Of a DNA stretch of 64,000 nt, positions 29,560 to 38,400 are shown in pieces. The DNA comes from a virus (lineage: Duplodnaviria; Caudoviricetes). Made by a program: the position numbers and the translations under genes. The notes under the pieces are model-generated. The model saw only the letters and a list, made by a program, of their open reading frames with translations, had not been told where the DNA came from and ran no database searches. The stretch lies in IMG/VR virus record IMGVR_UViG_3300042898_000589, positions 1,276-65,275 of that record. One strand, written 5' to 3'. The stretch's first letter is position 1. The number at the start of each line of letters is the position of its first letter.

Positions 29560-31927
29560 CTTCTTGCGGGAAGATGTTAGGCTCTACCTTTCCAGCCTCT
29601 CTTACGATTGAATCTTTCTCGAAGTCGTAGCCACCGCTTTGCTGCTGTGGTTGCCCCTTGAGCTTCGAGGCCAACTGAATCTTCTCGATGTCATACTGAG
29701 ACTCAAGGGCAGAAGTCTTACGCTTCTCATTCTCAATCTCTTTATCGTTACGCAGTCTAAGGTCATACTCCAACTGCAAAGCTTGAGACTTGAGTTGCAT
29801 CTCCATTTGCATAGTCTTCTGCTTCTCACCCTCTGCAATCTGTGCAGCCTGAGCTTGAACCTGTGCGTTCTGCTGTTGCAGCATCATAGATGATTGCTCC
29901 TTCTCTTTACGACGCTTAGCCTCACGGATAGATAGAAGCTGTTCTGCTTTGTCTACGTCCTCTCTAAGTACGCGGCGAACTGCGAATACGTCTTGAGTAT
30001 TCAGCAAGCCAGTCTCCAGTCCCATCATCAGAAGCTGCTCAACGCGAGCGCGCTCTTCTTCATCTGGCAACATCTTAACAGAGATAGCGTAGTCAGCCAA
30101 GGACAGCTTGTTCAAGTCAATCTGTTCTACTGTAGCATTGCCTACCATATTCTGGAACACGTCCACATTGATACCGTCTCTAATGAGCTGCTGCGCGAGA
30201 TTAGCAACGTAACGAACCATCTCCTCATTGATGCGGAGATATGCGTTGTAAAGGCTTCTAAGGGCGTTCCTGTGGGCTGATACGGCTAGCTTCTGCACAC
30301 CAATCAAAGCCTTCTTATCTGGCTGCGAACCATCGACTGCATCATTGAGTCCAATGGTTTCTTTCATACGCTCCAGTGCAGCGTTGTATGCTTGGGTAAG
30401 AACCATAATAGATTGGTCCAAACCATTAGGCAAATCCTGTACTGGTCGGGTGTTAGTAATCGGTGTACCATCCTCACGTACCGAGCGGTAGTAGATGTCA
30501 CCAATCTGGTCGCGGATAGCGCGAGCATCAACGGGCTTGAGGTTACCCATACCCATACCTTGCAGTCCGCCAGTGATGGCGTCAATGTCAATAGCAAATC
30601 CAGAAGGTGCAGCCTTGGCGATAATCTGTTGCATCTTCAGCTGGATACGAATCATCTCGTCAGCAAACGGAATCATCTCTTCCACCTTGGACTTGTTCTC
30701 CATATCATAGATATCGGGAGCACAAACAATAAAGCCAAGGGATGTGTTAGTAGAATACTTGTCGTTGATACGCTCACGAACGATGTGCTGCTTCTTACCG
30801 AAGTCATACATATAGTCAGTACCAACAATGTACTTGGCCTGATATACGTTCTTTATTTTCTTGCGGATAATTTCACGCTTACGCTTAGGGTTTGCGGGAG
30901 GAACGAAGTTCACTGGCTTCTCCTGGAAGTAGAACCCTCCGTTCTTAGCTTCCATCTTCTGGAAGACAACCTCATCCGTACTAAAGAACTCGAAGTCAAG
31001 AACACGCACACGGAACTTGTCGTACTTAGTGCTGTCTACTTCGTTGTTATAGTACACGTGAGAACCATAGCTCCAGCTAGGGTTGTCGTAGCGACCAGCA
31101 ACAGACTTAGCTACCTCGTACAGTTCTGCTTCTGACAGCTGTCCCTGTGCCTGCACTCGCAAGTCTTCTACAGTAACAAAGATTAACTCACCAATGTGTC
31201 TAGCATCAGAGAAGTCATCTTCAGTTACAAAAGAAGTTACAAGATTCAACGGGTCAACGTAGCGAATACGGATGTTCTTATTCTCGTCAAGCAAGATACG
31301 AAGACCAGCTATCTTGTTGTCTACCAGGTCTTTAGCAATCTTCTCGTTGAGCTTGTCTACGTTATTGTCTTGGAGGATTGCCCGTGTAACGGTCTCCATT
31401 GCAATAGACTGAGCCAACTTGAAGTTAGTCTCCATATAGATTTCAAGTTCCTCCACATTCTCGGGAGCATCTTTGTAGTCTACTGGTACGCCAACTTCTT
31501 TAAGGCTGCCGAGGTTATCGCGAAGCTTCATCTTCGCCTTGAGTACTTGCTTCTCTCTGTCAAACTCTGTGATTGATGTGCTGTCAACAGGAATGAACTG
31601 AGGAACGTACGGCTGGTTAATCATCTGTCCACGAATAACTTCCGCCATCTTTGGAAGCGGAGTGGACACACCCCAGTCAAGGTTCAAATAAGTAGAGTCT
31701 CCAGTAGTCGAGAACTGTTGCTTGAACTTCTCGATGGACTGAAGACCCTCTGAATACTTTCTGTTCTGGATATAGCGACTCTTCCGAGACTCGAAAGAGA
31801 ACGTAGTTCTAGATTGCTGCGCATCACGCCAAAGTGTCTTGGCGTAATCTAAAATATATTTACGACTATTCTTCTCAACAGGAGGAACAAACGAAGAAGG
31901 ATATCCGTAATCTGTAATCTCAGCCAT
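29552..31927 (-). CDS. Portal protein
   Basis: 791 aa. YSEGLQSIEKFK, YLNLDW, IRYVDPLNLVTS, IGLNDAVDGSQPD..ALIGVQKLA; directly after terminase. Confidence 0.85.
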   Translation of the reverse strand: MAEITDYGYPSSFVPPVEKNSRKYILDYAKTLWRDAQQSRTTFSFESRKSRYIQNRKYSEGLQSIEKFKQQFSTTGDSTYLNLDWGVSTPLPKMAEVIRGQMINQPYVPQFIPVDSTSITEFDREKQVLKAKMKLRDNLGSLKEVGVPVDYKDAPENVEELEIYMETNFKLAQSIAMETVTRAILQDNNVDKLNEKIAKDLVDNKIAGLRILLDENKNIRIRYVDPLNLVTSFVTEDDFSDARHIGELIFVTVEDLRVQAQGQLSEAELYEVAKSVAGRYDNPSWSYGSHVYYNNEVDSTKYDKFRVRVLDFEFFSTDEVVFQKMEAKNGGFYFQEKPVNFVPPANPKRKREIIRKKIKNVYQAKYIVGTDYMYDFGKKQHIVRERINDKYSTNTSLGFIVCAPDIYDMENKSKVEEMIPFADEMIRIQLKMQQIIAKAAPSGFAIDIDAITGGLQGMGMGNLKPVDARAIRDQIGDIYYRSVREDGTPITNTRPVQDLPNGLDQSIMVLTQAYNAALERMKETIGLNDAVDGSQPDKKALIGVQKLAVSAHRNALRSLYNAYLRINEEMVRYVANLAQQLIRDGINVDVFQNMVGNATVEQIDLNKLSLADYAISVKMLPDEEERARVEQLLMMGLETGLLNTQDVFAVRRVLREDVDKAEQLLSIREAKRRKEKEQSSMMLQQQNAQVQAQAAQIAEGEKQKTMQMEMQLKSQALQLEYDLRLRNDKEIENEKRKTSALESQYDIEKIQLASKLKGQPQQQSGGYDFEKDSIVREAGKVEPNIFPQEVK

Positions 31928-31946
31928 AGTTCGGGCGCATTTGACG

Positions 31947-31954
31947 CAAAGATA
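31947..31954 (-). promoter_or_regulatory. -7 promoter element TATCTTTG
   Basis: TAnnTTTG in the terminase-portal intergenic gap. Confidence 0.55.
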
Positions 31955-31983
31955 TTAACAACGTCAAGTTACGATTTTGTAAA

Positions 31984-34077
31984 TTACATACGTCTACTGA
32001 GGTTACCATCGTTGTTGAACTTAGGCAACCAGTCACTAGCTTGGTAGCGAACCTCAACCTGTATCTTAGGTTTCTTCGTAGCGATGATAGTAATACCAGA
32101 AGCTACAGCCAAGTCAAAGGGAGTCCAGTTATCTGGTTCAAACTTCTGCCAGTCTCTGATAACTTCATTGAATGGCATAAACCCACAGTTACCGAACTCA
32201 TCCTTAGAACCTACGTAGTCCATAATGTAGGCCTGCGTCATATTCATAAGGGCTTCTCTGTTGTCTGTGTGCGTCATAGCGATACCACGGAAACCCTTGG
32301 ACCACTTCTTCATATAGTCTGGGTCGAGTGGGTTGTACATAGAGTAGCCATCGTATCCTCTCTTGTGGAAGTGGTCAAGCACACCGTACTTGTTACTCTC
32401 CGCAAGGAATGGTGAGGAGTAGAAGACAGCCTGCATAATCATATCCTCATAAAACTCGTGCGGGTGGTTTGGACGTGATACGTACATACACACGAATCCC
32501 ATTTTTATTTTGGGCGCTGTGTGGTGTGATTCGAGTAAAGTCATCGCTGCACCCATAGAACCTGCCTCATAGGTTTGCCTGTGAGAGAACGGGTCACACC
32601 CAGTCTTACAGAACTCACGAGTAGGAAACTTCTGTCCATTGCGAACCTCGAATCTGTTTCTGTCCTCCTCTGGTGGCATCCAAGCTACAAGCCATCTACC
32701 AGTCTCATCTGGCTTGAAGACTACTTGTGTGTCTTTGATTCCATCTTTCCAATAGAAGGTGCCGCGGACAACGGGGTCGATAGGCAAGTTCTTATTGTAC
32801 ATAAACTGCTCGTACAACTTCTTCTGGTTGTATGTATTACCAGCGTCTGCTACTGTAAAGCAGTCATCAATCTTTATAGGATACTTACGACGGTACGACA
32901 GCAAGTCATCACCATTCAGTGAGTTGTAGTTGTCGATGATGAAGTTACGCGTCGCGACGATATTGGAGTAACCCCATTCGTCAACGAATGGTTCTCCCGT
33001 CTTAGGATGCGTACCCTCGTACCCATAATATGCTGGGAAGAATAAACGGAAAAGCCCTGAATCGGTACGTCCGTTGGGCTTGCGTTCGTTCGGGTTTGAG
33101 CGTTCCCATAACCGCATCGTTTTGTCGGATGAGTACTTCTCCATATCTTCGACCGTAGTGGTCTGAATAGAGTACCCAACGATGTTGTTACCAGACACCA
33201 AACATTCCCTATTAATGTTCCAGCGCTCATTGATGTCAATGTTCTTAGCAGTCTTACCAATCTCGTCCCCAAAGATAAACGAACAGTACTCACCGTCAAG
33301 GGCTTCTTCCTTGGCGTTGACGTAGTATATCTCTGAGTTAAGTACTTCACGGTATTCTTTTTCTTCTACTGACTTTTTCTTTGCTTCTGCGAACCTTAGC
33401 TTCTTTGTTACTGTTGTTTCTCCTGTGTCTAATGGCTTGAACCACTTGGGTAATCTCTGCCACGATGGTATCAGTTTCCTAAATACCTTTGATGCGTCGT
33501 CTTCTGTCTTGGACTGAATAGCGAATACAGATTCTTCGTTCTCTGTTGTATCCCAATATCCAGCGGCGATAGAAGCTGCGGTCTTACCAGAACGTCGGAA
33601 GGACAGGTAGATAAGACCCATACAGAACTTATCTTTCTTGGTGAACTCAATGGCGTAGAACAGGTCTCGTTGCGAGTCACGGAAGTTTGGGTTGGTACGT
33701 ACATTACGACCATCGTCTTCCACGGTGATAAGCCAGTACTGAAGTGTGGCGTAGTGGTGTCCTGTTACATACTCTAGATTATCTCCATTGTAGAAGAAGA
33801 GTCCTTCATATCTACGCTTCCATTCATTTGCTACGAACTCTACGTATTCCTGTGAACCTTCTTTAGATTCCATCTCGCGAATAAACTTCTGTGAGTACAC
33901 AGGAAACTTACGCTCAGACTTGGGTAGCCCCCAGTTCTCAATACTCTTATAGTTCTTTGGCGGCTCGGGACGAGTGAACACAAAATCCCATACAGCATCA
34001 GTGACAGTATCCCTGACGTTGTACTCGCACTTGAAGTTATCGTATGCGGACTTGCATTCTAACTCGTTCTTATTCAC
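31984..34077 (-). CDS. terL: Terminase large subunit
   Basis: 697 aa. Walker A FRRSGKT, Walker B IFGDEIGK, nuclease motif GCDPF, AESNK, FDLAVASG. Confidence 0.9.
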   Translation of the reverse strand: MNKNELECKSAYDNFKCEYNVRDTVTDAVWDFVFTRPEPPKNYKSIENWGLPKSERKFPVYSQKFIREMESKEGSQEYVEFVANEWKRRYEGLFFYNGDNLEYVTGHHYATLQYWLITVEDDGRNVRTNPNFRDSQRDLFYAIEFTKKDKFCMGLIYLSFRRSGKTAASIAAGYWDTTENEESVFAIQSKTEDDASKVFRKLIPSWQRLPKWFKPLDTGETTVTKKLRFAEAKKKSVEEKEYREVLNSEIYYVNAKEEALDGEYCSFIFGDEIGKTAKNIDINERWNINRECLVSGNNIVGYSIQTTTVEDMEKYSSDKTMRLWERSNPNERKPNGRTDSGLFRLFFPAYYGYEGTHPKTGEPFVDEWGYSNIVATRNFIIDNYNSLNGDDLLSYRRKYPIKIDDCFTVADAGNTYNQKKLYEQFMYNKNLPIDPVVRGTFYWKDGIKDTQVVFKPDETGRWLVAWMPPEEDRNRFEVRNGQKFPTREFCKTGCDPFSHRQTYEAGSMGAAMTLLESHHTAPKIKMGFVCMYVSRPNHPHEFYEDMIMQAVFYSSPFLAESNKYGVLDHFHKRGYDGYSMYNPLDPDYMKKWSKGFRGIAMTHTDNREALMNMTQAYIMDYVGSKDEFGNCGFMPFNEVIRDWQKFEPDNWTPFDLAVASGITIIATKKPKIQVEVRYQASDWLPKFNNDGNLSRRM

Positions 34078-34408
34078 TTCGCTTGTTCTTAATGAAAGAT
34101 TCTAGCGTACCCTCTTTAGCCTCAAGACGTTTAGCCTTAGCATCAGCTAAAGCTTCCTTGTCAATCTTCTGTTGAATGTTCTCCAGAGAGTCTGCTATCT
34201 TCTGATACTTCTCACCAAACTCCAAGAAGGACTTGAAGAGTTTGTTGTCGTCAGAGAAGTCAATGTGTGCACTCTCAATCTGCTCGGCAAGATTATCTAG
34301 CTGTTTCTTTACAGCAAAGTATGATTTTATATACGGACTCTCATAGAACCGTATGAGCATTTCAACTAGCTCTTCTTTTGGCTTTGCCCTTAATTCCTTC
34401 TCCGTCAT
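34070..34408 (-). CDS. Possible terminase small subunit
   Basis: 112-aa helical protein overlapping the terL start. Positional inference only. Confidence 0.4.
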   Translation of the reverse strand: MTEKELRAKPKEELVEMLIRFYESPYIKSYFAVKKQLDNLAEQIESAHIDFSDDNKLFKSFLEFGEKYQKIADSLENIQQKIDKEALADAKAKRLEAKEGTLESFIKNKRSE

Positions 34409-34494
34409 AATTTATTTCATTCTTATTGGTAGTAGCGTTACACCTGCCGTTGCAGGTACACTCTACTGGTTTGGTCTCGCAATATAAGACCAAT

Positions 34495-34677
34495 TTAGGA
34501 ACCACAGCTCAGACAGTCGAAGTCAAAGTCTTCATCGATTTGCTCGACGCTGACTCCCATAGCTTCTGCCATTTCTTTCTTGAGTTCGTAAATCTGTTGT
34601 TGAATGTCTAAGTCACCGTAAAGGTCACCAGACAGTTGAGACTCGAGAGCCTCTATCTGTTCTAGATAAGCTTCCAT
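34495..34677 (-). CDS. Small acidic protein ending in DFDCLSCGS
   Basis: 60 aa helical hairpin plus terminal CxxC. Confidence 0.65.
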   Translation of the reverse strand: MEAYLEQIEALESQLSGDLYGDLDIQQQIYELKKEMAEAMGVSVEQIDEDFDFDCLSCGS

Positions 34678-34678
34678 T

Positions 34679-35068
34679 TTATTTTCTAAATTTTGAAACC
34701 TTCTTAGCTATAGATTTCGGTTGGGATACAAACTGTTTGCCAGCACTGTTACCCTTTGCTTTCGCTGCATTGGTTGCAGCTTTCTCCCCAGAGGAGAGAG
34801 ACTTCCACGCTTTCGCGGGAAGGTATCTCTTTTTTCCCTCTGATGGTTTACCGTCTGAAGTTTTCCAATCTTGCTTGGTCCACTTAGATAGGCTGTTGCT
34901 AGAAGACTTACTACCTTGGTATCCACCGCCTGACTTCTTGTATTGGGATACTGCGAGCTGTGCTTTTCTGCCGCTCCACTCCCCTGGGTCTCCACCCTTT
35001 GAGCCAGCCTTAACTTTGGCTACGATGGCTTTCCACTTGGCAGGATTAGTCTTCTTAGCTGTTGACAT
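34679..35068 (-). CDS. Basic Lys/Gly/Ser-rich conserved phage protein
   Basis: 129 aa. GSKGGDPGEWSGRKAQL..YKKSGGGY, LSKWTKQDW, RYLPAKA. Confidence 0.75.
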   Translation of the reverse strand: MSTAKKTNPAKWKAIVAKVKAGSKGGDPGEWSGRKAQLAVSQYKKSGGGYQGSKSSSNSLSKWTKQDWKTSDGKPSEGKKRYLPAKAWKSLSSGEKAATNAAKAKGNSAGKQFVSQPKSIAKKVSKFRK

Positions 35069-35176
35069 TTAGCAGGCCTTGCCCTTCATAGCTTTCTTAG
35101 CTGCTTTCTTAGCTACTGCTTTCTTTGCCATTGGCTTTACCATTGGCTTAGCCATAGGCTTCATCATCTTTTTCAT
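35069..35176 (-). CDS. 35-aa histone H1-like basic peptide (MKKMMKPMAKPMVKPMAKKAVAKKAAKKAMKGKAC)
   Basis: Open frame abutting both neighbours; KPM and AKK repeats. Confidence 0.65.
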   Translation of the reverse strand: MKKMMKPMAKPMVKPMAKKAVAKKAAKKAMKGKAC

Positions 35177-35177
35177 C

Positions 35178-35327
35178 TTACTTCTTTTTTTTGTTGTACA
35201 TTTTCTTTTCGCGAGCTTCGGTCTTCTTAGACTCTTTCTTCTCGTGTGCCATCTTAGCTTTCTTGGATGGATACTTCTCCATTCCTCCGTACTCTTTAAC
35301 CTTCTTCATCTTATCTTTAGTTACCAT
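35178..35327 (-). CDS. 49-aa Lys/Glu-rich peptide
   Basis: MVTKDKMKKVKEYGGMEKYPSKKAKMAHEKKESKKTEAREKK...; coupled to neighbours. Confidence 0.6.
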   Translation of the reverse strand: MVTKDKMKKVKEYGGMEKYPSKKAKMAHEKKESKKTEAREKKMYNKKKK

Positions 35328-35617
35328 TTTTTCCAAGACCAATATGCTGCGGACAGCTTATTCTTAATTGCTGGCTTACCACTCTTGTCCTTAATGGCAG
35401 CGTGTCGAGCGCGATAAGAAGCTCTGCGTTTAGGGTCTTTATGCATCGTGAAGTCTTCAGCCCCTTGCTGTCCAAAGCGAACCAGTTTAACTTGGTCTCC
35501 GCTCTTAGCAAGCACAGCATACTTCTTGGTCGCGTGACCAGGTGTGCGCTTGGGCTTATTGACTCCACTGAATTTATATTTTGCCAGCAGGTTCTTTACT
35601 CTCTCGCTCGTTGCCAT
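35321..35617 (-). CDS. Basic conserved phage protein
   Basis: 98 aa. NKPKRTPGH..KK, KLVRFGQQG, RRASYRARH, SAAYWS. Confidence 0.75.
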   Translation of the reverse strand: MATSERVKNLLAKYKFSGVNKPKRTPGHATKKYAVLAKSGDQVKLVRFGQQGAEDFTMHKDPKRRASYRARHAAIKDKSGKPAIKNKLSAAYWSWKKW

Positions 35618-35621
35618 AGTA

Positions 35622-35629
35622 CAAAAATA
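35622..35629 (-). promoter_or_regulatory. -7 promoter element TATTTTTG
   Basis: TAnnTTTG 4 nt before the ATG at 35617. Confidence 0.55.
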
Positions 35630-35631
35630 AC

Positions 35632-35652
35632 AATCCCCCTCGAGGGGGGATT
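35632..35652 (-). terminator. Terminator-like hairpin
   Basis: AATCCCCC...GGGGGATT inverted repeat followed on the minus strand by GTTATTTTT. Confidence 0.55.
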
Positions 35653-35660
35653 TGTCAAAT

Positions 35661-35843
35661 TCAAAATGGAAGTATCTTAATCTCGTGGTCGTAATGCCTA
35701 CTGATGAATGTCTCGTTAGAGAGTTCGTAGTAGATATGTTCTTCTGAGACTACCACGAGCGCGGTGACAACTCGTGGCTTTTCTTCTTGGTCTGTTACCA
35801 ACGTGACAATTTCACCTGGGGAAAACTTAGGGTTTATGAACAT
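35661..35843 (-). CDS. Small hypothetical protein (SH3-like fold possible)
   Basis: 60 aa. PKFSPGEIVTLVTDQEEKPRVVT...YYEL. Confidence 0.6.
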   Translation of the reverse strand: MFINPKFSPGEIVTLVTDQEEKPRVVTALVVVSEEHIYYELSNETFISRHYDHEIKILPF

Positions 35844-35954
35844 CTTCTATGGATTCTTGCTCATCGCCTGGGTCGGAGATGATGTTAGGTTTGTCTGTTG
35901 GATAATTGTGCACTTTGCCAGTGCACTCATCCCAATACAGAAATCGATAGCCGC

Positions 35955-36242
35955 TCATTTTGAATATAGAATCTCGATTGACTCTTCGCTTAAATACACC
36001 TTTAGCCCGCGGGACTTGAGGATGGAAACCTGACAGCCAAGTGTTAGAGCATCAGAAGCTAGGTCTACAAGAAAGTCTTCAAGGAAGCTTACGTCACACT
36101 TGAAGAATCTGTTGAACAACTCTTCGTCGTACTCTCGCCCGTAGATGCCGTAAATCTTTACTATAGCTTTTACTTTCTCTGCGGGTGGTCCACTGATTTC
36201 TCCAATCAGTTGAGACAGCACTTGGGCTTCAATCAGTTTCAT
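35955..36242 (-). CDS. Hypothetical protein
   Basis: Likely ATG at 36242 (MKLIEAQ) overlapping the upstream stop. Confidence 0.5.
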   Translation of the reverse strand: MKLIEAQVLSQLIGEISGPPAEKVKAIVKIYGIYGREYDEELFNRFFKCDVSFLEDFLVDLASDALTLGCQVSILKSRGLKVYLSEESIEILYSK

Positions 36243-36499
36243 ACTTTGCGGGTAATGGTGCAGGGCTGACCTTCGATAATCTTCCACAGAAACTCATCTC
36301 CATCGGACGACATCCCGTAGATGTAGACTCTGCGTTCACCGTGGGTGAAGTATGAGTTCTGGTCGTAGACGATTTCTGTTATCGTCACTGACTTAGCTGC
36401 AACCCTGTACGCTCTACCCACTGTGTATCGCATATCTTCTTTCGGGTTGTTGCCAATGGACACCTCGTAGATATCGTCGATGAATTGAATATCAGTCAT
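36239..36499 (-). CDS. Conserved small Bacteroidota-phage protein
   Basis: 86 aa. IYEVSIGNNPKEDMRYTVG..ITEI..VYIY..LWK. Confidence 0.6.
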   Translation of the reverse strand: MTDIQFIDDIYEVSIGNNPKEDMRYTVGRAYRVAAKSVTITEIVYDQNSYFTHGERRVYIYGMSSDGDEFLWKIIEGQPCTITRKV

Positions 36500-36942
36500 C
36501 AGAAGGGAAGGTCAGAGTCTGGCGTAGCTACGTACATTGGGTCACCGTAAGGCTGCGCTGCCTGTACCGCTTGCAAGTTCTGTTGCAGTGCTTGTGCTTG
36601 AACAGCATCAGCAGCTTGAACCGTGTTGCGTGTCACGTGCTGTGCTTGTGTTACAGGCTGTGATGTAGTAGCACCAGTACGCTTGATGTCGTAGGCTTTC
36701 AGTGAGACGAAGTAACGTCCGTTCCACTCTCGCCCGTCCAAGTCAAATGCAACCTCCAACGTGTCTCCCGCACGCATAGTGGAGATTAAATCTGCCTTCT
36801 CTTTCCAAGCCTCAAAGGCTACGTCCTTGGGATACTGCCCAGGAACGGTAAGAACAAATTCAGTTTTGTACGACCCGCTGTTGAATGACTTGCGTTCGCC
36901 CACCAACTTCAGTGTTCCCTGTGTGATAAGTTTATTGCTCAT
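36499..36942 (-). CDS. DUF3127-type single-stranded DNA-binding protein
   Basis: KTEFVL..GQYPKDVAFE, VAFDLDGREWNGRYFVSL.AY; acidic SDLPF C-terminal tip. Confidence 0.85.
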   Translation of the reverse strand: MSNKLITQGTLKLVGERKSFNSGSYKTEFVLTVPGQYPKDVAFEAWKEKADLISTMRAGDTLEVAFDLDGREWNGRYFVSLKAYDIKRTGATTSQPVTQAQHVTRNTVQAADAVQAQALQQNLQAVQAAQPYGDPMYVATPDSDLPF

Positions 36943-36946
36943 AGGA

Positions 36947-36954
36947 CAAAGATA
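36947..36954 (-). promoter_or_regulatory. -7 promoter element TATCTTTG
   Basis: 4 nt upstream of the SSB ATG. Confidence 0.65.
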
Positions 36955-36989
36955 AGAAATATATTCTGTTGTTGTATGCGCTATGTTAA

Positions 36990-37352
36990 TTTTTTTTTTC
37001 TTCGCGCGTAATAGTAACTAGTAACTAGCGTGTAGTAATATATATTTATTTCTTGTCGCGGTACTCATCACTAGTATACAGGACTGCTTTATTGCTAGAT
37101 TCTGCGAAGACATAACTCTCCCTAAAAGGCGCCACGTTTAAAAAAAAACGAGGTTGCCCTTCGGGAAAGTTAGTGCTCCACGTCCTCTGCTTCACCGCTG
37201 AGTTCCGCTTCGTCACAACCCGATACCTTGCGGTCTCGGCAACTTAACACGCCGTTAAGCTGTCTCCCCACACAACTGCCTCAAACACGCTACAGATGTA
37301 GCCAAACTAAGGTTAGTCATCTCACGACACCCCTGTGTGGTAGGTTAAGAGA
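36990..37352 (-). ncRNA. Candidate structured non-coding RNA (boundaries approximate)
   Basis: No credible ORF. Own promoter at 37358-37365. Minus-strand stems CCGAGACC-GCAA-GGTATCGG, CAGCTTAAC/GTTAAGTTG, CCACACA/TGTGTGG, TAACTTTCCC/GGGAGAGTTA. Confidence 0.45.
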
Positions 37353-37357
37353 TGCAA

Positions 37358-37365
37358 CAAAGATA
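37358..37365 (-). promoter_or_regulatory. -7 promoter element TATCTTTG
   Basis: TAnnTTTG pointing into the ORF-free structured region. Confidence 0.55.
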
Positions 37366-37440
37366 TATCATCAATACCCTCTTGTCAATACCCCCACAGA
37401 AAAAGTTTTCAACGCTGTTGTGAGTTAGTCTGTGCTGTTG

Positions 37441-37448
37441 TATATTTG
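37441..37448 (+). promoter_or_regulatory. -7 promoter element TATATTTG
   Basis: 5 nt before the ATG at 37454. Confidence 0.65.
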
Positions 37449-37453
37449 CCTAT

Positions 37454-38398
37454 ATGAACATCCTCGTCATCCAAGGAATTGAATCTGGTGTCTACTACCA
37501 CCGCCAGTACACTCCCCACTACACGTGGCTGGATTCTGGTAGTGACTTCGCAGATGACTTCGTTGTGATTGTTGAGACGCGCCATTTGGACAAGCTTGTT
37601 GACGTGCTGTCCAAATACCGATTCGACTTAGTGTATTTCTCCCTACGCTTTGTCATCCCGCGTAACTTCATCACGATGCTGGACTTCTTGCGCAAGAGAA
37701 ATACCAAGCTCGTCCTGGATATCGACGACTACTTCAAGGGCTTCAACGAGATGAAGAAAGACTTGAAGGCAGCGGATGCAATCATCACCACCTCTCCGCA
37801 GTTACAGAACTTTATCTACCAACGGGGCGGGAGAAATGTGCATCTCATTGAGAATGGGATTGACAGCAAAGAAGAGCAGTTCAAGTTAGTAGACTCCCCT
37901 ACTGACGAGCTGTGGTTCGGTTACCTAGGGTCCACTCGCCACGAGAAAGACTTAGAGTCTATGCTCTACACGTTCGAGACAGAGAACCTACACGTTGTAA
38001 TCCCCGAGTACGCCAACATTCTCAACGTCAACTCAACCTCAGTCCTGCGCACCTACCAAGAGTACGCCACTGAGTACGACAAGATACACGTAGCTCTCGC
38101 CCCGCTTGTACCTAATCAGTTCAACAGCTGTAAGTCTATTCTGAAAATCGTAGAAGCAGGGTTCAAGAAGAAGGCACTGATTGCCACCGCTACAGAGCCA
38201 TACACGCGATATAAGGAACTATCTCCAGCGATTGACCTGATACCCTCAGGAGAGTCTTGGGAGCGTCGTGTGAAGTCTTATACGCTGTCCGAAGCCACAG
38301 AGAAGGGTGAGCAGTTATACGAACTCGTCCAAGACTACGAGATTCGCAAGTTAAACCAGAAGCGTAGAGAGATTTACAATCTGATAATCAGCAAGTAA
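37454..38398 (+). CDS. GT-B fold glycosyltransferase
   Basis: GVYYHRQYTPH, LVLDIDDY, ADAIITTSPQL, IENGID, GYLGSTRHEKDL, ALAPL..NQFNSCKSILKIVEAG. Confidence 0.8.
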   Translation: MNILVIQGIESGVYYHRQYTPHYTWLDSGSDFADDFVVIVETRHLDKLVDVLSKYRFDLVYFSLRFVIPRNFITMLDFLRKRNTKLVLDIDDYFKGFNEMKKDLKAADAIITTSPQLQNFIYQRGGRNVHLIENGIDSKEEQFKLVDSPTDELWFGYLGSTRHEKDLESMLYTFETENLHVVIPEYANILNVNSTSVLRTYQEYATEYDKIHVALAPLVPNQFNSCKSILKIVEAGFKKKALIATATEPYTRYKELSPAIDLIPSGESWERRVKSYTLSEATEKGEQLYELVQDYEIRKLNQKRREIYNLIISK

Positions 38399-38400
38399 CG

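Noticed and set aside
25849-31576. Long antisense ORFs (25849..26526, 27190..27609, 30392..31135, 31196..31576 and similar elsewhere)
   Set aside because: They lie opposite strongly codon-biased structural genes, have no motifs, and are best explained as shadow frames.
3748-34077. Stop-codon reassignment as in some crAss-like phages
   Set aside because: Long genes are intact under the standard code, TAG and TGA end genes normally, and the only tRNA seen is not a suppressor.
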